A stretch of DNA of 64,000 nucleotides, from assembly GCA_018368455.1 (NCBI GenBank), contig JAGZEG010000005.1:104654-168653 (forward strand), written 5' to 3'. This document shows, one piece after another, positions 57,219 through 64,000 of the stretch. The first letter of the stretch is position 1. Every line of letters starts with the position of its first letter. This DNA comes from Coriobacteriia bacterium (lineage in GTDB: Bacteria; Actinomycetota; Coriobacteriia; Coriobacteriales; UMGS124). Under the pieces are notes generated by a model that searched no databases, was not told the DNA's origin, and was given only the letters and a program-made list of their open reading frames with translations. The position numbers were made by a program, and so were the translations under genes.

Positions 57219-57257
57219 GGTCCCGCGCCTCTCGAGAGGGAGGCGCGGGACCTTTTG
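57219..57257 (+). terminator. Rho-independent terminator after glnK
   Basis: ggtcccgcgcctc / gaggcgcgggacc gives a perfect 13-bp stem, then ttttg. Confidence 0.75.
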
Positions 57258-57331
57258 CGTCACATGGCCGATGATGTGGGCGAAGGGGTGTCTGCGCGGG
57301 GGGACCGTCCCCGGTGCGCCTTCGTTTACTG

Positions 57332-57591
57332 GGCGCGATTTTCGGTTGTGCCAGGTTTTGCAAACGGAGCTCCCAAAAATGGCCTCGAATTGCGGACGTG
57401 CTAGGTTTGTAGGCTCGATGTCACTGCCTGTGTGCTATGCGCCTAGAGAAACCTGCAGGTAGAAGAGCTGTATGTCTTGAGGTGCCCTCGTCTTGCGCGA
57501 AAAAGGACGGCGCAAACCTAGCACTACCGTAATTCGCGCCCATTTCTAGCCCCGCATTTTGCAAGACCTGGCATAACCGTAGAATTCGGCC
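57332..57591. repeat. ~260-bp imperfect inverted repeat (arms ~78 nt, spacer ~103 nt), MITE-like or a long hairpin
   Basis: The left arm (57332-57409) reads ggcgcgattttcggttgtgccaggttttgcaaacggagctcccaaaaatggcctcgaattgcggacgtgctaggtttg. The reverse complement of 57513-57591 reads ggccgaattctacggttatgccaggtcttgcaaaatgcggggctagaaatgggcgcgaattacggtagtgctaggtttg. By-eye identity is roughly three quarters. Confidence 0.7.
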
Positions 57592-58303
57592 AAGTCTCTC
57601 TGCCTCGGTTTCTTGGGCTAGCCGAAGATCCAGGCGATGCTTTCGACTACAAGTCTATCGCTGCCCGTTGCGTCGGTTTGCTGGACGGCTGGGTGCCGGT
57701 CTCATCTCGGGTGCTGCCTCTCGGCGGGCCACTTTCAAGCAGTTGGGTGGAAGAACCGCCTGAACGGCGTCGCGCACCGGCACCTGTGCGGTGTTGCAGG
57801 GGCCAGTTTGCACGAAATCGGCCCGTGATGGCCTGGAAAGCCGTCTGTGTATGGCGCATACCGATATGCCCTGCTGGTGCGGCTCCCTTTTGAGGCCGTC
57901 GGCCTGGCTTTAGGGTGTCGTGCATGTACATGATCGACTTTTTTGCCCAAAAATCGAGCCTTCGCCTGCAGAAGCCCAAGTCGCCGGCTCTGATCGCTTC
58001 ATTGTTGCGGCGCTTAGGCTGTTTCGGGGCGAATCGATCCACGCTGGCCTTGCGGATCGTGGATGGCGTGCTTTTCGATGGCTTGCTAGGCGATTGGAAA
58101 CAGACGGCGTGATGTTTCCGACGCCTGCGGCCCGTTGGGGTCATTCTGTCGGGCGAGCTCTGGCCAAATGAGGCCCGTCTGCGCGAGGAATCCCGAATCT
58201 CTTTTCTGCTGGTTGCAGGCGGAATGGCTTGTCCATGCGTCACAATGGGACGCGTTGCTTTCGTTGGTTTGCGGTATCGTGGGCCGTAGGGGGAGGGATG
58301 TGC

Positions 58304-60445
58304 ATGCGTCGCGTTCTGTGCTTTTGCGAAAAGTGGGAGTCTGGCGGTATCGAGGCATTCCTCACGAGTGTCTACGAACGCATGGATCTTTCTGACCTCC
58401 GTATCGATATCGTGACGTGCCAGTACGCGCCGGGCATCTATGACGAGCGTCTTGCGCGGGTGGGCCTGAGCGTGCGCGTTCTATCTGGTAGCGTGCGCAA
58501 GCTGGGTCGTAATCTCAGGCTGTATCGAGAGCTGCTCGCCAAAGAACGCTATGACGTAGCGCACCTGAACCTGTATGAGGGCGCGGGCCTGCTCTTCGCA
58601 GCAGAGGCACGTCGCGCGGGCGTTCCCAAGATTATCGTCCACAGCCATAACACCGACCTGCATCCCGGTATGCTTCGTTCCCTTAAGCTGGCGGTGCACC
58701 GCAGTTTTGTGCGGCGGTATGCGGGGCAGTCCGATGTGCGCTGGGCGCCGTCGGAGGTGGCAGCGCGCTTCTTGTTCGGCGACCTGCCCTGGACGCTTTT
58801 GCTGAATGGCATCGAGCCGGGGCGATTCGCGTTTGACGCTGAGGCACGCACCAAAGAGCGCGCGGCGCTGGGTGTTTCCGAGGATCAGCTGCTCTTGGGC
58901 TGCGTGGGACGCTTGTGCGCCCAGAAGAATCAGGCTTTCTTGATAGATCTGCTCGCGGAGATCCCCCGCGCAGCTTTGCTCCTTGTGGGTAAAGGCGAGG
59001 ACGAGTCGATGCTACGGGTCCTCGTTGCCGAGAGGGGCGTGGTGGACCGCGTGATATTCGCGGGGACGATCTCGGATGTGGCCCCGCTCTACAGCGCGAT
59101 GGACGTCCTGTGCGTCCCCTCGCTTTTTGAGGGGCTCGGTATCGTGGCGATCGAGGGCCAGGCGGCTTGCTTGCCGGTTCTTTGCTCACCAGCGGTTCCT
59201 CCCGAGGCTCACGTGACCGAGCTCTGCGAGTACCACGAGCTCGGACATAACGCGTGGGGAGAGCGCTTGGCTAAGATGACGGCTGATCCCGGTGCGCGCG
59301 AACGGCTCTCAAAGGACGTGCGGAGCCGTCTCGCCCTGGCGGGGTACGACATCCAGGATACGGCGAGAAAGATCTGGACGTCGTACTGCAACGACGGGGG
59401 CATCGGCAAGGAGCATGGGGAATCTCGTTTGGACGCAATACCTGGCAGGACGCGCATGGATTCTGATGACACGGGCGGCTGTTTGGCAGATGCCCTCGTC
59501 AGCATCATCGTTCCCGTCTACCAGGTTGAGCCCTATCTTGCGGACTGCCTTGATAGTCTGCTAGCGCAAACATACAGCAATCTGGAGATCATCCTGGTGG
59601 ATGACGGCTCAACTGACGGAAGCGGTAAGCTGTGCGATGCCTATGCAGAGCGTGACGGGCGCGTTAGAGTCATACATCAGAAGAACGCCGGTCTCTCTGC
59701 CGCCCGCAATGCGGGCTTGGACATCGCTCGGGGAGATTATTACGCTTTCGTGGACAGCGACGACGTCGTAAGCCCGTTCTTTGTCGAGACGCTGCTGGGC
59801 CTGGATGCCGATATCGCCCAGTGTGGTTTCTCTACCGAGGAAGAGGGGCTGGCGCCTGACGACCAGTGCTTGCCTGACAGCGTAGAAAGGCTGTCTGGCC
59901 GTGACGCGTGTGAGGCTCTCGCGCGAGACCGAACGGGCTCATACACCGTCGTTTGGAACAAGCTGTTTAGGCGGCGCGTGTTCGATGACCTGAGGTTTCC
60001 CCAGGGCAAACAGCACGAGGACGAGTTTGTGAGCTGGCAGGCCTTCTGGAGCGCGTCTCGCGTCGCCATAACGGAGGCTCCGCTTTACTTCTATCGCCAG
60101 CGGCCTGAGAGCATCATGGGCCGAGGAGTGAGTGAGAAGAGCTTTGATGCAATCGATGCGTTGAAGGAGCGCAAGGAGTTCTATCATCTTCAAGGGGACA
60201 AGCAGCTAGAAGACCTGACAGCCGCGACGCTGTGCCATCGCATCCAGGCTATTGCCCTGGATTATCGGGATGCCGACGGGAAGCAGCGCGGTCTTACGGC
60301 GGTTCTTCGACTCTCGTTCGGTGAAGCACTTCGCTCTCCCTATGTGTCCCTGCGCTCTAAGTTGATTTTAGCTATTCGTATGTTCAGGCTGTCTTTAACG
60401 CAAAGGCTTGCTTGTGATAATCGTAGCAACGCGACGAATAGATGA
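58304..60445 (+). CDS. Bifunctional glycosyltransferase: GT4 (GT-B, family-1-type) fused to GT2
   Basis: N-terminal half: RVLCFCEKWESGGIEAF...VPSLFEGLGIVAIEGQA. C-terminal half: VSIIVPVYQVEPYLADCLDSL...VDDGSTDGS...FVDSDD. ATG 58304 lies 6 nt after GGGAGGG. Confidence 0.8.
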   Translation: MRRVLCFCEKWESGGIEAFLTSVYERMDLSDLRIDIVTCQYAPGIYDERLARVGLSVRVLSGSVRKLGRNLRLYRELLAKERYDVAHLNLYEGAGLLFAAEARRAGVPKIIVHSHNTDLHPGMLRSLKLAVHRSFVRRYAGQSDVRWAPSEVAARFLFGDLPWTLLLNGIEPGRFAFDAEARTKERAALGVSEDQLLLGCVGRLCAQKNQAFLIDLLAEIPRAALLLVGKGEDESMLRVLVAERGVVDRVIFAGTISDVAPLYSAMDVLCVPSLFEGLGIVAIEGQAACLPVLCSPAVPPEAHVTELCEYHELGHNAWGERLAKMTADPGARERLSKDVRSRLALAGYDIQDTARKIWTSYCNDGGIGKEHGESRLDAIPGRTRMDSDDTGGCLADALVSIIVPVYQVEPYLADCLDSLLAQTYSNLEIILVDDGSTDGSGKLCDAYAERDGRVRVIHQKNAGLSAARNAGLDIARGDYYAFVDSDDVVSPFFVETLLGLDADIAQCGFSTEEEGLAPDDQCLPDSVERLSGRDACEALARDRTGSYTVVWNKLFRRRVFDDLRFPQGKQHEDEFVSWQAFWSASRVAITEAPLYFYRQRPESIMGRGVSEKSFDAIDALKERKEFYHLQGDKQLEDLTAATLCHRIQAIALDYRDADGKQRGLTAVLRLSFGEALRSPYVSLRSKLILAIRMFRLSLTQRLACDNRSNATNR

Positions 60446-60653
60446 TTCAGAGTATGCAACGCTTTTGGTGTTTCGCTTACTAAACCGAAAAGCTTTGAAT
60501 GCATTTTGGCGGTCTACATTCCGTGAAGTGAATAGTTGTCGGGTAATCTAGATGAGTTGAATTTTGCCTAATACATATAATTCAACTGGAGAATTCTTGC
60601 GCGATGGGGCGCTCTTGTTTTTTGTGAACGCCTTGGTTGGATGGGAGATGTGT

Positions 60654-61835
60654 ATGTCACTGAAGATTGCAGTTGCTGGCGCGGGCTATGTGGGCCTTGC
60701 GAATGCCGTCATGCTGGCACGCCATCACGAAGTTCGCCTCGTTGATGTTGTCCCGGAGAAAGTCGAGCTCATCAACCAGGGGACTTCTCCCATTATTGAC
60801 CGTGAAATCTCGGAATATCTAGGCAAAAGCGATCTGAACTTAACGGCGACGCTAGATGCGCCCTCCGCATATACCGGAGCCGATATAGCTTTCATTGCTA
60901 CACCTACAAATTACGACGAGGAAACTCACGCTTTTGATACCTCTTCTGTCGAAGCGGCATATCGCGCAATTCGCGCGGTGAACATCGCATGCCCGATCGT
61001 TATCAAGTCGACCGTTCCGATTGGGTATACCCAACGCCTGCGCGAAGAGGCGTCCGATGACGCGATTCTGTTTTCTCCCGAATTCTTGCGGGAGGGCAAG
61101 GCCCTGTATGACTGTCTGCACCCCTCGCGTGTCATTGTCGGCGCGGCCGACAAGAATGATCCTCGTGCCCGACAAGCGGCCGATCTTCTTGTTGAAGGAG
61201 CGCTTGACGAGAATGTTCCCGAGCTGGTTATGCAGTCCACCGAGGCGGAGGCTGTCAAACTTTTTGCCAACACGTATCTCGCCCTGCGCGTAAGCTACTT
61301 CAACGAGCTGGATACGTTTGCTGACGTGCGAGGGCTTGATGCACGGTCAATCATCGATGGCGTCTGCCTCGATCCACGCATTGGCGGCCACTACAACAAT
61401 CCGTCCTTTGGCTATGGCGGCTACTGCTTGCCCAAGGACACGAAGCAGCTGCTGGCCAACTACGACAACGTTCCGCAGAACCTCATGCAGGCCATTGTTG
61501 ACTCGAACCAAACGAGGATGGCATACATCGCTGAGACCATATTGCGAAACAATCCGAAGGTTGTCGGCATCTATCGACTCACAATGAAGTCAAATTCCGA
61601 CAACTTCCGCCAGTCTTCGATTCAGGGCGTCATCAAGGAGCTGCGCAGGCGTGGTGCGACGATTCTGATCTACGAGCCTATGGCCCAGGGGGCGGAGTTC
61701 ATGGGTCTCGAGGTTACGAAGGATCTGGAGGACTTTAAGCGCCGTAGCGATGCGATTGCAGCAAATCGCATGTCGCCCGAGCTGTGCGACGTTGCAGATA
61801 AGGTGGTCACGCGCGACCTGTTCAAACGGGACTAA
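60654..61835 (+). CDS. ugd: UDP-glucose 6-dehydrogenase
   Basis: [16 protein letters not shown] and catalytic [14 protein letters not shown]. 393 aa. Confidence 0.9.
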   Translation: MSLKIAVAGAGYVGLANAVMLARHHEVRLVDVVPEKVELINQGTSPIIDREISEYLGKSDLNLTATLDAPSAYTGADIAFIATPTNYDEETHAFDTSSVEAAYRAIRAVNIACPIVIKSTVPIGYTQRLREEASDDAILFSPEFLREGKALYDCLHPSRVIVGAADKNDPRARQAADLLVEGALDENVPELVMQSTEAEAVKLFANTYLALRVSYFNELDTFADVRGLDARSIIDGVCLDPRIGGHYNNPSFGYGGYCLPKDTKQLLANYDNVPQNLMQAIVDSNQTRMAYIAETILRNNPKVVGIYRLTMKSNSDNFRQSSIQGVIKELRRRGATILIYEPMAQGAEFMGLEVTKDLEDFKRRSDAIAANRMSPELCDVADKVVTRDLFKRD

Positions 61836-61971
61836 GGGCGGAGCGCTGAAGCGAGGCCGAGATCCAGGCAACTGCGAGCCCTTCTGGGGAAGAGACGATT
61901 TACTGGCTTCTTGGCGCAGCATGTAGAACGTCAGACCAGGCGTGTTTTGCGCGAGCGGCAAAGGAGAGTGC

Positions 61972-63399
61972 GTGAACGTGATACAGGGTATCAAGAAGAT
62001 GCTCAAACATATTCTTCCCCCTCCCACAGCCTCGTTTATGCGTGAGGTCACAAGGCTTGATCAGTCTATCGGGCAGACAGAAGAGTACCTTTCCAATACA
62101 CTGGGACGCATATCCAAGCAGGTCGAACGCATGAATGCCCGATCAATTCAAGACAATCTTGCGATAAGGAATTTACTTTCGCGAGATGACTCCTCGGTTG
62201 GGCGACTATTCGATCTGTTCGAATCGATGAATCGCGAAGACTTGCGCCAATATGCCAGCAATAAAGAATCGATGGAGTGGATTGCGGGATCAATCGATTC
62301 TCTCGTGGATCTGTGCAAAGAGGGCAATCTACAGGCAAATAACATACCAGAGCTTATTACTGCAGTTCGTTCTCTGCAAAAAGAGAATAGTGAATTGATT
62401 TCTCAACAAAAAAGGAATAACGAACTTCTCCAAGATCTTAAAGACAGCATTGAATCGACGCAGCTCATCATAAGTTCTGATTACCGACGACTCAAAGATG
62501 AGATTAATGGTTTAGGCCGTCGAGCATTCATTAGGCAAGATGAGCTCCTCGATCCGAGCTTATATGCACATGCTTTGAGAATGTGGTATCAGAATAAAAC
62601 TGGTTGCACATTGGATTTATATAATCCAACAACATATAATGAAAAAATACAATGGCTTAAGGTATTCGATCACGATCCTAGAAAGACGGAACTTGCAGAT
62701 AAACTAAAAGTGCGCGATTGGGTTGCGCGCAAAATCGGAGAGGAATATCTTATTCCCTTGTGCGCCGTCTATGACCGAGCGGAAGAAATTGCGTTCGACA
62801 CGCTGCCTGAGAGCTTCGTAATGAAGGCGACGCATGGGAGTGGGTGGAATCTGCTTGTGCCGTCCAAATCAGACATTACAGCCAATCTGTTGCTTAGCAA
62901 AGCTCGATCATGGCTTAACACGAATTTTGCTTTTGTAAATGGATATGAAATGCAATATAATGATATACCTAGAAAAATAATTATCGAAAAGTATTTGTCT
63001 AACAAAGATGGAAATTTAAATGATTATAAATTTTGGTGTTTTAACGGAAAAGTAGAATATATCCAGTACATCGCTGAACGTCGTACGGGCATGAAAATGC
63101 TATTTCTGGACACAGATTGGCGCCCAATGCCTTTTGTCTATGATCATCCGCTTTTGGAAGATGTCGTAGAGCGTCCTGACAACCTATCTGAGATGCTGGA
63201 GCTGGCGGAGAAGCTCTCAAAGGGGTTCTGCCACGTTCGCGTGGACCTGTATCGGCTGGATGACGGTACAATCAAGTTTGGTGAGATGACTTTTTCGAGC
63301 GCCTCGGGCGTGGGAAGATGGCTACCTTCTGAAGCTGACACGCTTATGGGGAAATATCTGTGCCTTCCGAAGGAGCAGCGCGATGCGGAATATTGCTAA
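61972..63399 (+). CDS. TupA-like ATP-grasp amidoligase with a ~200-aa coiled-coil N-terminal region
   Basis: YNEKIQWLKVFD...FVMKATHGSGWNLLV...DYKFWCFNGKVEYIQ...VRVDLYRLDDGTIKFGEMTF. The start is uncertain (GTG 61972, GTG 61978 or ATG 61998) after AAGGAGAG. Confidence 0.8.
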   Translation: MNVIQGIKKMLKHILPPPTASFMREVTRLDQSIGQTEEYLSNTLGRISKQVERMNARSIQDNLAIRNLLSRDDSSVGRLFDLFESMNREDLRQYASNKESMEWIAGSIDSLVDLCKEGNLQANNIPELITAVRSLQKENSELISQQKRNNELLQDLKDSIESTQLIISSDYRRLKDEINGLGRRAFIRQDELLDPSLYAHALRMWYQNKTGCTLDLYNPTTYNEKIQWLKVFDHDPRKTELADKLKVRDWVARKIGEEYLIPLCAVYDRAEEIAFDTLPESFVMKATHGSGWNLLVPSKSDITANLLLSKARSWLNTNFAFVNGYEMQYNDIPRKIIIEKYLSNKDGNLNDYKFWCFNGKVEYIQYIAERRTGMKMLFLDTDWRPMPFVYDHPLLEDVVERPDNLSEMLELAEKLSKGFCHVRVDLYRLDDGTIKFGEMTFSSASGVGRWLPSEADTLMGKYLCLPKEQRDAEYC

Positions 63400-64000
63400 A
63401 AACGGTGATGCAAAACTGGCCCCCTATGTCTCCATTGTCGTGCCTGTATACAATGCCGAGCAGCATTTAGACGAATGTATTAATACTATCATACATCAAA
63501 CATTAAAAAATATAGAAATATTACTTATCGATGATGGATCTGAGGATGGAAGTCTCTCTATCTGTAGAGCCTATGCCGAGCAGGACAAGAGAGTCAGAGT
63601 CATCCACCAAGAAAACTGCGGTGCGTATGCTGCCCGTAATCTAGGGATACAGCAGGCCCAAGGGGACTACATACTCTTTCTTGATTCAGATGATTTTTTT
63701 GAACTGGATTTGTGCGAAAGAACGTTTTGCTGTGCTCAAGAACGTAATCTTGATATTTTGCTTTTTATGGCAGATGTATATTTGGAAGATACGAATAAAT
63801 ATAAAGACTCTAGTTGGCTAATTAATAAAAGACTTCTCGCAGACGTACAAGAGGTTTTTTCTTCTAGGGATGTTGCTGAGAAGCTTTTTCTGATAGCTGC
63901 TGGTGGCCCGTGTAACAAGTTGTTCAAGCGCCGATTCCTAACTGAAAATGAGATCACTTTTCCTAAGATGAGAAGTCTGGAGGATGTTCCCTTTGTCTAT
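63383..64000 (+). CDS. Glycosyltransferase family 2. Partial: it runs off the window.
   Basis: Own translation: MRNIAKNGDAKLAPYVSIVVPVYNAEQHLDECINTI...IDDGSEDGS...FLDSDD. ATG 63383 lies 7 nt after AAGGAG and overlaps the ATP-grasp gene end by 17 nt. Confidence 0.85.
   Translation, partial: MRNIAKNGDAKLAPYVSIVVPVYNAEQHLDECINTIIHQTLKNIEILLIDDGSEDGSLSICRAYAEQDKRVRVIHQENCGAYAARNLGIQQAQGDYILFLDSDDFFELDLCERTFCCAQERNLDILLFMADVYLEDTNKYKDSSWLINKRLLADVQEVFSSRDVAEKLFLIAAGGPCNKLFKRRFLTENEITFPKMRSLEDVPFVY

Noticed and set aside
57647-58243. 198-aa minus-strand ORF and several 60-90-aa ORFs in the glnK-GT gap.
   Set aside because: The products are Arg/Ser/Pro-rich with no RBS. The ORFs run across the repeat copies in both orientations, so they are more parsimoniously non-coding repeat DNA.

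Overview
All calls below come from reading the sequence and the ORF track by eye. No BLAST, HMM, folding or GC computation was run, so family names are motif-level recognitions.

The window looks like a high-GC Gram-positive (Actinomycetota) chromosome. The gene fusions and wall-protein types hint at Coriobacteriia, but that is low confidence. Many long ORFs in the track are GC-driven antisense shadows of real genes and were discarded.

Layout:
- (1) 1-15.3 kb, accessory region. It starts with a partial SpoVK/CbxX-type AAA+ ATPase (minus strand, not in the track because it runs off the window). Divergent from it is a wHTH / motor-only FtsK / 589-aa acidic orphan module.
- A defence island of about 10 kb follows, with visibly lower and patchy GC. 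It holds McrBC system 1 and a two-gene orphan cassette (coiled-coil protein plus PD-(D/E)XK nuclease). It also holds a DUF4143-ATPase gene remnant and a three-gene operon (94-aa repeat protein, long EVE-like McrB, McrC) preceded by a G10 tract.
- (2) 16-30.4 kb, core genes: rplM-rpsI, glmM, glmS, acpS, nnr (with a ~430-aa disordered tail), alr, family-4 UDG and tsaE. A dinJ/yafQ toxin-antitoxin pair sits inside the t6A cluster, followed by a single-ORF TsaB-RimI-TsaD fusion.
- (3) 30.5-50.7 kb, cell envelope: an acyltransferase, three GT2 enzymes and a frameshifted CsaB-like pyruvyl transferase. Three paralogous wall-binding-repeat hydrolases follow, plus two SLH proteins (one an amidase) and an M20 peptidase.
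- (4) 50.9-57.2 kb: groES-groEL, htrA-like protease, amt-glnK.
- (5) 57.3-58.3 kb: a ~1-kb non-coding stretch full of degenerate copies of one repeat, including a ~260-bp imperfect inverted repeat.
- (6) 58.3-64 kb: a second polysaccharide locus. From about 60.45 kb it is conspicuously AT-rich, with ugd, a TupA-like ATP-grasp and a partial GT2.

Best candidates for an undescribed system:
- the orphan cassette at 8160-10370, wedged between the two McrBC systems;
- the small-repeat-protein / EVE-McrB / McrC operon at 10962-14989.
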